64,000 bases of DNA. Source: Terriglobia bacterium (lineage in GTDB: Bacteria > Acidobacteriota > Terriglobia > JAJPHL01 > JAPKYU01). Shown piece by piece: positions 52,119-64,000 of this stretch. The position numbers were made by a program, and so were the translations under genes. Below the pieces are notes generated by a model. It saw only the letters and a list, made by a program, of their open reading frames with translations. It did not search any database and had not been told where the DNA came from. Where the stretch lies: contig CBDCVK010000010.1 of NCBI GenBank assembly GCA_965223005.1, positions 160,001 to 224,000 on the forward strand, written 5' to 3'. Positions within the stretch are counted from its first letter, which is position 1. Each line of letters opens with the position of its first letter.

Positions 52119-52619
52119 ATGAAGTTCTTTGTCGAGATGGAAGGACGGAAACGCGTGGTGGAAATCGAAACTCGCCAGGGGAGCCTTTGCCTGGCGGTGG
52201 ACGACGAGCCGCTGGAGGCCGACGCCGTGGAAATCGAGCCGGGAGTCTACTCGATCCTTTGCCGCGGGCGTAGCTTCCAGGTCAAGGTGGAGGAGATTGG
52301 CGGGCAACTCCAGGTCTACATCGTCGGGCAGCCCGGACCCTACCTTGTGGGACTTCGCGATCCGCGCCAGTGGCGGCGCGCCAGCGCCCTCGGCCACGTG
52401 GAAGGAAGCCAGGAGATAAGCTCCCCCATGCCCGGCAAGGTGGTGCGCCTACTCGTCGAGGAGCAGCAGACGGTGATGGCAGGTCAAGGTTTGTTGGTGG
52501 TGGAGGCGATGAAGATGCAGAACGAGGTCCGCTCCCCAAAAGCGGGCGTAGTCACGCAGATTTTGGCGCGCGCGGGCGCCACCGTCCACGCAGGGCAGCC
52601 TCTGGCTGTGGTGGAATGA
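52119..52619 (+). CDS. Biotin carboxyl carrier / biotinyl-domain protein
   Basis: SPMPGKVV, EAMKMQNE. Confidence 0.9.
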   Translation: MKFFVEMEGRKRVVEIETRQGSLCLAVDDEPLEADAVEIEPGVYSILCRGRSFQVKVEEIGGQLQVYIVGQPGPYLVGLRDPRQWRRASALGHVEGSQEISSPMPGKVVRLLVEEQQTVMAGQGLLVVEAMKMQNEVRSPKAGVVTQILARAGATVHAGQPLAVVE

Positions 52620-52656
52620 GCAGAAACGAATCAACCAGCCCCTGCCAGCAATCCCG

Positions 52657-53703
52657 TCATTCTTGCGCCGCACCCGACGCTTCCATGATCTGACGCGCTA
52701 AGTAGTTCACGACCTTCGATTGGTTGCGTGCGATTTCCATGTAGGCCTCGCGCAGCACCTGGCCTTTACGGTTCGCCAGCGCTTTGCGAATGTCTTGCTG
52801 GACCTCCGGGTCGGAGAGTTGGCGCTGGCCGGGGGCCTGACGATCCAGCAGCTTCAGGATGTAGTACGCATCGCGCGTGCGGACGACGCCGGAGATTTGC
52901 CCTGGCTCCAAGGAAAATATGGCCTGTCGGAGCTGCGGGTCAGCCTTTTCCAGCGCGGAAGCCGGAATGAACCCCAGGTCGCCGTTGTTGCGGGCGGTGT
53001 TGGTGTCCTCGGAAAACTCTTGGGCCAAGCGGGCGAAGTCCTCCCCGGCGCTCAGGCTTGCGGCGATGCGCTCCGCCTTCTGGCGCGCCTGCTCCTCTCC
53101 TCGGGCCTTGTCGTTCCTCAGGTTAGCCACCGGGACGTCGGCAGCTGGCGTCACCACGATTTGGGCCACGTGGAATCGCGTCTCCGGCACGTTGAAGCTG
53201 GCTTTGTTCTCCTCGTAGAAGCTGTCGATCTCTGCGTTGGGCACCCGGATCTTGGAGCGAATCTCTTTGTTGAACACCTTCTCCAGGCTCAATTGGCGGC
53301 GCAGGTCGTTTTTCAGATCTTCCACGGTCAGGCCGCGTTGCTTGAGTCGTGACTGGAATTCCTCCTCCGAGTACGGCCTCCCGCGTTCAGCGAACACGCT
53401 TTCCACTTCCGCGTCGCTGGCCAGCAGGTCCATCCGTTCGGCGCGCTGCAGCAGGATCTCGTTGTCGATCAAGGTGCGCAGGATCAGCAGGCGCTGGATC
53501 TGCTCCTGTTCGGCGGAGGGCTTCTGGTCGACTTCCAGCAGTTGGATCTGGTAAAACTTTTCCACCTCGGACGCCAGGATCGGGGCGCCGTTCACCTCCG
53601 CGAGCACGTGCTGGCCGGAGGGCCGTGTCCCGCATCCGCACAACAGCGCGGCCAGCGCCAGAAGGGCTAGGGTTCCCAATCTGGCAGGTTGCCTTACCAT
53701 CAC
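52657..53703 (-). CDS. SurA/PpiC-type peptidylprolyl isomerase lipoprotein
   Basis: Lipobox-like LCGC, LAEVNG, FARLAQEFSED..GDLG. Confidence 0.88.
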   Translation of the reverse strand: MMVRQPARLGTLALLALAALLCGCGTRPSGQHVLAEVNGAPILASEVEKFYQIQLLEVDQKPSAEQEQIQRLLILRTLIDNEILLQRAERMDLLASDAEVESVFAERGRPYSEEEFQSRLKQRGLTVEDLKNDLRRQLSLEKVFNKEIRSKIRVPNAEIDSFYEENKASFNVPETRFHVAQIVVTPAADVPVANLRNDKARGEEQARQKAERIAASLSAGEDFARLAQEFSEDTNTARNNGDLGFIPASALEKADPQLRQAIFSLEPGQISGVVRTRDAYYILKLLDRQAPGQRQLSDPEVQQDIRKALANRKGQVLREAYMEIARNQSKVVNYLARQIMEASGAAQE

Positions 53704-53866
53704 AAGGTCATCTTACTGAGGTTTGCAAGAATGCAGTACCGAAAAGACGACGGCACTTCGTGCAGGCGCGCTTCCAGCAGCTTTCGATGTAACGCTGGGT
53801 TCCTCGCTCCGCTCGGGATGACGGGGAAAGAGCGAGTCACACTGCGCGCGGCTGAGGAGCCAAGCA

Positions 53867-53895
53867 TTGACAACATTCAGCCCACCCGCTACGCT
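53867..53895 (+). promoter_or_regulatory. Sigma70-type promoter upstream of tRNA-Ala
   Basis: TTGACA-17 nt-TACGCT. Confidence 0.6.
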
Positions 53896-54005
53896 GAAAG
53901 AGTCCTAAACAGAGTTGGCTGCCCGAACAGAGATGGTGCCAAACAGAGATGGCTGGAGAGGGTATCTCCGGCCAGAGCGACGGGCGGTTCGCTGAACCGG
54001 GGCTT

Positions 54006-54081
54006 GGGGCTGTAGCTCAGTTGGGAGAGCGCCTGACTTGCACTCAGGAGGTCGCCGGTTCGACCCCGGTCAGCTCCACCA
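54006..54081 (+). tRNA. tRNA-Ala(TGC)
   Basis: GGGGCTG.., CCTGA-CTTGCAC-TCAGG, GGTTCGACCCC, CCA. Confidence 0.97.
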
Positions 54082-54115
54082 GCGCAAAGCGCCGGGCAAA
54101 GTTCGGAGTGGACGT

Positions 54116-54192
<77 letters not shown>

Positions 54193-54264
54193 GGTTTTCA
54201 CAGGAGACCACAGTGAAGGGTCTCTATCGCCTTTTCTTGTCTCCCCCGATCCCCGACCTGGCAC

Positions 54265-54293
54265 TTGCGTTGACTTGCGAGGGAGGGTATAAT
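54265..54293 (+). promoter_or_regulatory. Sigma70-type promoter directly upstream of 23S
   Basis: TTGCGT-17 nt-TATAAT; boxA-like GATCTTTGACAA at 54391. Confidence 0.6.
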
Positions 54294-54499
54294 GAAAGAT
54301 TGCGGATTTGGATGCTGGCCGCTCTGAGAGAGTGGGTGGCATCGAGCGCCGCAAGGTGGCTCGTGGGGCAGTCGGCCGAGATCGGCTGCCGATCTTTGAC
54401 AACTGAATACGTAGGGTGAACAAGGAAGCCGGAAGTAGCGCATTGGACTCGCCCGGAGCTTGTACTTCCAACGGGAGGTACTGCTCGCGGGTAAATTTT

Positions 54500-57508
<3,009 letters not shown>

Positions 57509-57641
57509 AGATTTACTCGGAGCAGCAGCCCGGGTAGTCCGTGCGACTGCCGGCTCCTGTTCGCCCTGCGTTTCAGTTGTAAAGGCTTGTGGCCGGTGGC
57601 TTGTAGTTGCACGAGCCACACGCGCTACGGGCAGAGCAAGT

Positions 57642-57760
<119 letters not shown>

Positions 57761-57800
57761 GTAAGATGAGCGCCGCCGCAAAGCGGCGCGCAAAATAGCC

Positions 57801-57848
57801 GCAGCCCTGAGCTTTGAGTTCTCGAAGCTCAGGGCTGTCGTGTTTTTC
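57801..57848 (+). terminator. Intrinsic terminator after 5S
   Basis: CAGCCCTGAGCTT/AAGCTCAGGGCTG stem followed by a T-rich tail. Confidence 0.75.
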
Positions 57849-57910
57849 ACCCACCCCGGTGCATCAGTTCAGGTACGGCAACCTGAGGGAATTTCCCGCA
57901 CTGTGCCCTA

Positions 57911-58795
57911 CTACCTACCCCCACTGCCTACTGATTCGGCCAGCCCGAGCAGCCGTGCCGGATTGATCTTCAGCATCCGATCGAGTTCATCGGGAGTGAA
58001 GCCCCTTTTCAGTAAGGCGTCGGCGAAGACGCGCAGGCCGTCGGTGTGGATCGGGTTACCCGCTTGGCCGAGGTCGCTGGTCAGCACGCAGTGCCGGGGC
58101 CCCACCGCGCGGATAGCGCGCGCATAGGCGTCGAGCGAGACGGTACGCCGTTCCGGCAGCAGGGGCGAAGGCAGGGTGCCGCTATAGGCGTGCTCGATGA
58201 AGGCACCCAGCGACACGGCTTGTTGCTGCTGCTCGATCGTCGTGCTGATAGGGGGCATCATAGCGTGACTCACCACGATGGAACGCACGTTGGCGGTGCG
58301 CGCGGCCCGAATGACGGACAGCGCTACTGCCGGCGGGTAGTGCCCGGTGTGAAGGACCAGTCCTTCGCGCGCCACTATAGCCAATAGCTGTTTCACTTCC
58401 GGCAGCAGCTCGCCATCACGCAGCAGCGGAATGCGGTCGGCGTCGAAGGTAGGAAGCCAGACCACGCGGCCATAGCCGCCGCGGGTGCGCGTCATGCGCT
58501 CGACGGCTTCCGGGTTTATGCCGCCCACTGCGCGATTCAACGCAATCCCGCCGAAGGCCTCGATGCCCGGCACTTGGCGCCGCACTAGATAGGCCAAAGA
58601 AGCGGTGGCCTGCCAGTGGTTCTTCAGCACCAAACCGCGGAGGCCGCGCTGGCGCGCAATCTCGGACAGTTCCACCGCGTCCAGCGAACGCGGCACCGAG
58701 TCTGGATCCGAGTGCGCGTGGAAATCAATCGTGCCGGTGAGATCGTACTGGGCCCATAACGGAAGAGCCAGCAACAGCAGGAAAAACCATTTCAT
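57911..58795 (-). CDS. Secreted PHP/amidohydrolase-like protein (DUF6282-like)
   Basis: Signal peptide; IDFHAH..PD, VLKNH, GGIALN..VGG.NP.AV, HTGH, TSDLGQ. Confidence 0.78.
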   Translation of the reverse strand: MKWFFLLLLALPLWAQYDLTGTIDFHAHSDPDSVPRSLDAVELSEIARQRGLRGLVLKNHWQATASLAYLVRRQVPGIEAFGGIALNRAVGGINPEAVERMTRTRGGYGRVVWLPTFDADRIPLLRDGELLPEVKQLLAIVAREGLVLHTGHYPPAVALSVIRAARTANVRSIVVSHAMMPPISTTIEQQQQAVSLGAFIEHAYSGTLPSPLLPERRTVSLDAYARAIRAVGPRHCVLTSDLGQAGNPIHTDGLRVFADALLKRGFTPDELDRMLKINPARLLGLAESVGSGGR

Positions 58796-59520
58796 CGGGA
58801 GGATCGGCAAAAGCCACCGAAAATCGCAAGCTCGAAGTACTTCCAAAAACAGTCCACATCCACGAAACCGATCTCCCGCAGCCACTCGCACTGTGCTTCA
58901 ACCGGGGCGAGAATATTGGCTGCACGATCGGGACGTTCCAGAAAGTCGTGTCTTGCCTGCTCAGGCGTTACATGCTCGCCTCGCTCGCGCCGGCGCATAT
59001 ACAGGTGTTCCGCCATCGCCTCGTTAAACATCTCTTCCACGAGCGGCGTCGGGCTGGAGACGTGTTCCAGGTTAAGAAATACGCCGCCCTCCGACAGCAG
59101 GCCGTAGATTTCCTCATAGAGTTTCCGCTTTCGTTCGTCCGACAGATGATGAATCGCTAGGCCGGAAAGTATAGCGTCAAATTGTCCCTTGACTGCGCTG
59201 CACCAGGAGAGTGAACCTACATCGGCTTCCGCTATCGTAGCGCGGTCCCCAAACTTTGCCAGGCGATTGCGGGCTCGTTCCAACATGAGGGATGAGAAAT
59301 CCAATGCCACGCCACTCGCTTGCGGGAACGCCTCCAAAACGGTCGCTAGGATGATCGCGTCCCCCGCACCGAGATCCAATATCCGAAGTAACCTTGTTTG
59401 CGCAAAGCCCAGTACCCGCAGCGTTACTTCAAGTTGTCTCTGACGGTCGGGGACGTGTAAGGAGTGCTCATCCAGGAATGCTGCCGCGACCTCACGATTT
59501 TTCCAAACGGAATCTTTCAC
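58792..59520 (-). CDS. Class I SAM-dependent methyltransferase
   Basis: ILDLGAGDA, LDFSSLML, FDAILSGLAIHH, GGVFLNLEHV. Confidence 0.88.
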   Translation of the reverse strand: MKDSVWKNREVAAAFLDEHSLHVPDRQRQLEVTLRVLGFAQTRLLRILDLGAGDAIILATVLEAFPQASGVALDFSSLMLERARNRLAKFGDRATIAEADVGSLSWCSAVKGQFDAILSGLAIHHLSDERKRKLYEEIYGLLSEGGVFLNLEHVSSPTPLVEEMFNEAMAEHLYMRRRERGEHVTPEQARHDFLERPDRAANILAPVEAQCEWLREIGFVDVDCFWKYFELAIFGGFCRSSR

Positions 59521-59586
59521 GGGTTATAAGTGGTTCCCGAGCTGGCTGACTCCCGTTGACGGCCGGGATGGGAAGACGCGGCCGGT

Positions 59587-60588
59587 TCACCTCCTCCTAT
59601 ATTTGCGCAGGACCTTGACATCGGCAGGAGCCTGCCGGTTGGAGTAGGAAAAAGTGACTTCGCCCACATAGAGGTCGCCGTGAGAGTCGAGTGCGACCGA
59701 GTGCGGGGCGAAGAATCGCCCTTTGCCGTAGGGATCCTCGGCATTCCAATCCGCCTGGATATTCCCGTTCGGGTCACGAACAGTCATGCGTGCCGGGGGT
59801 TGATCCAGATCGGCTTTCTTACCGAACATGAAAATCCCTCCAAGCTCGGCAACGTAAAAGTTTTTTTCTGCATCCTGGCACAGACTGTCCGGCCACCGAA
59901 CCTCGCTCCACTGAGTGATAATCTCGCCTTGAGGTGAGAAAATCTGAACGCGCATGTTCTGACGGTCCGCAACATAGACTCGTCCTTCCTTGTCCACGAA
60001 GATGCCATGAGGCGTAGCGAAGTGACCTGGCCCACCGCCCGGCTCACCCCAGGAGAAGAGCAGTTGACCGTCTGCGGTGAACTTGTGAACGCGGGCGTTC
60101 CCATAGCCGTCAGACACATACAACTCTCCTTCGGGAGACAGGGCAACGTCGGTCGGAGTATTGAAAGGGGGCCCGGAGCGGACAATTGTCTTCCAATCAT
60201 CTGGCACGAAACCCGTATCTGCCACGCCATTCTTGGGGGCGAGGGTCATCAGGAGTTTGCCATCAGGGGTGAACTTCTTCACCCGGTGGCCTTGGGCATC
60301 GACACAGTAAACGGAGTCATCGGGCCCGATAAAGATCATGTGCGGGCACACGAACATCCCATCTCCCCAAGATTCCAGGAAACGTCCGTTACGGTCTAAA
60401 ATGACGACGGGATGCTCGGAACGGCAGAAGGCGAAGAGACGGTCTTGAGAATCGATGGCAACCCCCGGAACCTCCCCAAGATTCCATCCTTTAGGTAGCT
60501 GAGCCCAGCCCTCTGCTTCTTCAAAAACAAACTTCCCCGACCCAACTTTCAATGAAGTACCCTCCTTGTTCGATTCGCTTAATTGCAA
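59587..60588 (-). CDS. NHL-repeat (PAL-like) beta-propeller protein
   Basis: FNTPTDVA, YVSDGYGNARVHKF, PHGI, YVADRQN, APHSVALD; start uncertain. Confidence 0.85.
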   Translation of the reverse strand: MQLSESNKEGTSLKVGSGKFVFEEAEGWAQLPKGWNLGEVPGVAIDSQDRLFAFCRSEHPVVILDRNGRFLESWGDGMFVCPHMIFIGPDDSVYCVDAQGHRVKKFTPDGKLLMTLAPKNGVADTGFVPDDWKTIVRSGPPFNTPTDVALSPEGELYVSDGYGNARVHKFTADGQLLFSWGEPGGGPGHFATPHGIFVDKEGRVYVADRQNMRVQIFSPQGEIITQWSEVRWPDSLCQDAEKNFYVAELGGIFMFGKKADLDQPPARMTVRDPNGNIQADWNAEDPYGKGRFFAPHSVALDSHGDLYVGEVTFSYSNRQAPADVKVLRKYRRR

Positions 60589-60664
60589 CGATCAAATAGT
60601 CAATGGCCCATCAAGCCGGCGCAATCTTGGCGAACGAGAGTTGCGCCCGAAGGGAATAGGCCGG

Positions 60665-61693
60665 TCAAGCGGGTGTGTCCAGCGCGAACCCGTGTTGGAG
60701 ACGATGGTGAGGGTTATCGAAGGCCTTGCTGGATTTGAACAATTCGTGCCGGCCGTCGGTTGCTTCCGCGCGAACCCGGTTGAGGAGGGTTTCTTTCTCC
60801 TGCCCGCCCATTGGCTTGAAGTCACGTGCAACGCTTAGCGCCTGCTGCAGATCAGCCATGGAACTCAGGCCGACCACGAGAGTGGAAATCGGCTGGCTGA
60901 GAGCATATCGAATACAATCGGTGGCCGAGACTCCCGCCTTGTCCGGGATGCGTCCCTTCGGGAAGCCGCCGCCGAGGCTCTTCATGCCCACCACACCGAC
61001 TTTCTTCTTCAGACACACCGGGACCACTTCCTTTGCAAAGCTTCTGTAGTGAGCGTCCATGACGTTGATGGGCATCTGGGAGGTGGCCCAATGGTAGGGT
61101 TTGTTCAACATCTTCAGATGGATGATGGGATCTTTGTGACCCGTAAATCCGATGAAGCGCACTTTTCCTGCCTTTTGGGCTTCCAGAGCAGCTTTCAAGC
61201 CTCCCCTATCAAAAACCCAGTCGGGATCATTGTCGTAGTTCGTTTCATGAAATTGCCAAAGGTCCAGGTAGTCAGTCCGAAAGCGACGCAGGCTATCCTC
61301 TAAATTCTTCTTCGAGCCTGCATAATCGCGCTCGCAGTTTTTCGTCATGAGGAAAGCATTCTTCCGTCGGGCTCCTTGCGCCAGAGCTTTTCCCATGATC
61401 TCTTCGCTGCGCCCGTCGTGATAATCCCAGGCATTGTCGAAAAACGTGACTCCCTCGTCGAGGGCGGTGTGCATGACACGAATGGCTTCGCCGTCATCCT
61501 CGATTCTTCCGATGTGCCAGCCTCCCAAACAGAGGATAGAAACCCGATCGCCCGTGTCGCCCAGAGGCCGGGTGGGGATGCCCTGCCCACTTGCAGCTCG
61601 AGTCTCCGCCAAAATCGTATCCGACAGCGACAAGACGGACGCCGAAGCTAAAGCGGTTTGCAGAAACTCTCGTCGGTTTCGATCGCCTTCCAT
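60665..61693 (-). CDS. Aldo/keto reductase with Tat-like signal
   Basis: NRREFL; GVTFFDNAWDY, FLMTK, DYLDLWQFH, GKVRFIGFTGH. Confidence 0.9.
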   Translation of the reverse strand: MEGDRNRREFLQTALASASVLSLSDTILAETRAASGQGIPTRPLGDTGDRVSILCLGGWHIGRIEDDGEAIRVMHTALDEGVTFFDNAWDYHDGRSEEIMGKALAQGARRKNAFLMTKNCERDYAGSKKNLEDSLRRFRTDYLDLWQFHETNYDNDPDWVFDRGGLKAALEAQKAGKVRFIGFTGHKDPIIHLKMLNKPYHWATSQMPINVMDAHYRSFAKEVVPVCLKKKVGVVGMKSLGGGFPKGRIPDKAGVSATDCIRYALSQPISTLVVGLSSMADLQQALSVARDFKPMGGQEKETLLNRVRAEATDGRHELFKSSKAFDNPHHRLQHGFALDTPA

Positions 61694-61974
61694 TCTCAAC
61701 CTCCTGATCTTTGCTGGTCCCGGGTGCCTTAACCGTGGTCGCAAATTATAAGTTCAATTTCGCCTTCGCGCAAACTCATACGCCAGCTGCCCTCTCGTGT
61801 CAAGTTCAGATAGCCATGGACTCTTTGGGGTGGCTTCGCTGCTCCCTTTGGCCGTTCTGCTGACCAGCCTGGTCTGTTTCTCACCTCCAGCCTGCCCCGC
61901 TGCTAGGGGTTCCCTCACAAAGACCCCCGTGCGAGCCTGCTCTCGATCTGCTAACCTATTGAAAGCGTTGTTGC

Positions 61975-62064
61975 GGAGAGGTGTCCGAGTGGCTGAAGGA
62001 GCACGCTTGGAAAGCGTGTTTACTCGAAAGGGTAACGAGGGTTCGAATCCCTCCCTCTCCGCCA
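61975..62064 (+). tRNA. tRNA-Ser(GGA)
   Basis: GGAGAGG.., CACGC-TTGGAAA-GCGTG, long variable arm, GGTTCGAATCC, GCCA. Confidence 0.97.
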
Positions 62065-62071
62065 AATTAAC

Positions 62072-63907
62072 TCACCGGAAGCTGGCGTTCAAGATTTTCT
62101 TCCGTAGCCGGATCGACTGCGGCGTTACCTCCACCAGTTCGTCTTCGCGAATGAACTCGATGGCTTGTTCCAGGTTGAGAATGCGCGGCGGAACCAGGCG
62201 GATCGCGTCGTCTGCGGTGGACGCGCGCATGTTGGTCAGTTTCTTCTCCTTGACGATGTTGACGTCCATGTCCTTGTCGCGCGCGTTTTCCCCGATAATC
62301 ATGCCTTGATAAACTTCGATGCCCGGGGTGATAAAGATTTCTCCACGTTCCTGCAGATTAAAAATGGCATAACCGGTAGCCTTGCCCACGCGGTCGGCCA
62401 CGAGCGACCCGGTGGGCCGGGAAGCAATGTCGCCCTGCCACTCGATGTAGCCGTGGAACAGGGAGTTCATGATGGCCGTGCCGCGGGTGCCGGTGAGGAT
62501 TTCGCTGCGCAGTCCGATCAGGCCACGGGACGGCACGTGGAACTCCATCCGCACCCGCCCGGTGCCGTGGTTCACCATCTTCACGACCTTTCCTTTGCGG
62601 GTCCCCAACTTCTCCATCACCGCGCCCAGGAAAGTCTCGGGGCAGTCGATTTCCAGCAGTTCCAACGGCTCGTGGAGGGTGCCATTGATTTCCCTGGTCA
62701 GAATCTCCGGCTTGCCCACCGCCAGTTCGTATCCTTCGCGCCGCATCATTTCGATGAGGATGGCAAGCTGCAGTTCACCGCGGCCCATCACCTGGAACGA
62801 GTCCGCGCCGACCTCTTCCACCTTGATCGAGACGTTGGCGAGCAGTTCCTTCTCCAGTCGATCGCGCAGATTACGAGAGGTCACGTAGGTGCCCTCGCGG
62901 CCGGCAAACGGCGACGTGTTGACCGTGAAGTTCATGGCGATGGTCGGCTCGTCGATCTGGATGTGCGGAAGGGGGCGCGGTGCTTCGGAGTCGGTGACCG
63001 TTTCGCCGATGGTGATGCCTGCCACGCCAGCGATGGCCAGGATGTCGCCGGGGCGCGCCTCGGTTTCCTCCACCCGCTCCAGGCCCACGAAAGAATAGAG
63101 CTTGGTGATCTTCGTTTTTTGCAGCGAGCCGTCCAGCTTCACGATGCCGACCACGTCGCCCAGCCGCAGGGTTCCCTGAAACACGCGGCTGATGGCTAGC
63201 CGCCCCAGATAGTCGCTGTAGTCCAGGTTTGCAACCTGCACCTGGAGGATGCTCTCGGGATCGCCAGCCGGGCTGGGAATGTCGCTCAAGATAGCGTCGA
63301 ACAGCGGCCGCAGATTTTCCGATCCGTCGTCCAGCGCCTTGTGGGCGATGCCCGCGCGCGCGTTGGTGTAGATCACCGGGAAATCGAGCTGGTCTTGGGT
63401 GGCGTCCAGGTCAATGAACAGGTCGTAGATCCCGTCGAGGACTTCCGGGATGCGCGCATCGGGCCGGTCGATCTTGTTGATGACCACAATGGGCGGCAGC
63501 TTGGCCTCCAGCGCCTTCATCAGCACGTAGCGCGTTTGCGGCAGCGGCCCCTCGCTCGCGTCCACCAACAGCATGACGCCGTCGGCGATCTTCAGCGCGC
63601 GCTCCACCTCCCCGCCGAAGTCACTGTGGCCCGGCGTGTCCACGATGTTGATCTTTACGCCCCGGTAATGGACGCCGGTGGTTTTGGCCAGGATGGTAAT
63701 GCCACGCTCCCGCTCCAGCTCATTGGAATCCATGACGCGATCCGCCACCGCTTCGTTCTCGCGGAAGATGCCGCTCTGCCGGAGCATGGCGTCCACCAGC
63801 GTGGTCTTGCCGTGATCGACGTGCGCAATGATGGCGATGTTGCGGATGGTTTCGTTGCGCACACGCTGCTCGGCCGGCGCATGCGGCTGTGTTGTTACCA
63901 ATGTCAT
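62072..63907 (-). CDS. typA: Translational GTPase TypA/BipA
   Basis: [44 protein letters not shown]; start uncertain. Confidence 0.97.
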   Translation of the reverse strand: MTLVTTQPHAPAEQRVRNETIRNIAIIAHVDHGKTTLVDAMLRQSGIFRENEAVADRVMDSNELERERGITILAKTTGVHYRGVKINIVDTPGHSDFGGEVERALKIADGVMLLVDASEGPLPQTRYVLMKALEAKLPPIVVINKIDRPDARIPEVLDGIYDLFIDLDATQDQLDFPVIYTNARAGIAHKALDDGSENLRPLFDAILSDIPSPAGDPESILQVQVANLDYSDYLGRLAISRVFQGTLRLGDVVGIVKLDGSLQKTKITKLYSFVGLERVEETEARPGDILAIAGVAGITIGETVTDSEAPRPLPHIQIDEPTIAMNFTVNTSPFAGREGTYVTSRNLRDRLEKELLANVSIKVEEVGADSFQVMGRGELQLAILIEMMRREGYELAVGKPEILTREINGTLHEPLELLEIDCPETFLGAVMEKLGTRKGKVVKMVNHGTGRVRMEFHVPSRGLIGLRSEILTGTRGTAIMNSLFHGYIEWQGDIASRPTGSLVADRVGKATGYAIFNLQERGEIFITPGIEVYQGMIIGENARDKDMDVNIVKEKKLTNMRASTADDAIRLVPPRILNLEQAIEFIREDELVEVTPQSIRLRKKILNASFR

Positions 63908-64000
63908 CCTTACGGGAACCTTCGATTCTGAGACGGAATTTCCTCTTGGCGGTTCCAGGTAGCTTTCAGTATAACACCGGGGCAAGAAAGTTCCTTAAAA

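Overview
High-GC bacterial chromosome segment. Gene content suggests Acidobacteriota (inference, e.g. a TIGR03437-type C-terminal domain). Core blocks: tldD (partial), valS-nadC-birA-coaX-orf-rlmD-comEC; a GldAFG/DUF4340 ABC exporter with acyP and apt; ccsA-hemA-hemC; a LytTR regulator; gyrB-gyrA; surA; tRNA-Ala/tRNA-Ile/23S/5S with no adjacent 16S; tRNA-Ser; typA. An accessory island (~12.0-29.8 kb) lies between a 28-bp copy of a tRNA-Ser 3' end and tRNA-Leu(CAG). The main observation is in its left part: at least six related palindromic sites (inverted arms, consensus GATAGGTnnnCACTA, around a 6-bp spacer ACCGAC or ACGGGC). They bracket gene modules and are joined by a conserved 41-42-bp linker. 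This looks like a cassette array for a tyrosine recombinase (dif/lox-like geometry), but no recombinase is encoded in the window, so the function is inferred. The island also holds an IS256 with an 8-bp target duplication splitting an SDR gene, two attC-like sites around a decayed cassette, and an amidohydrolase/isomerase/LIV-type ABC cluster whose livM region looks like an assembly artefact.
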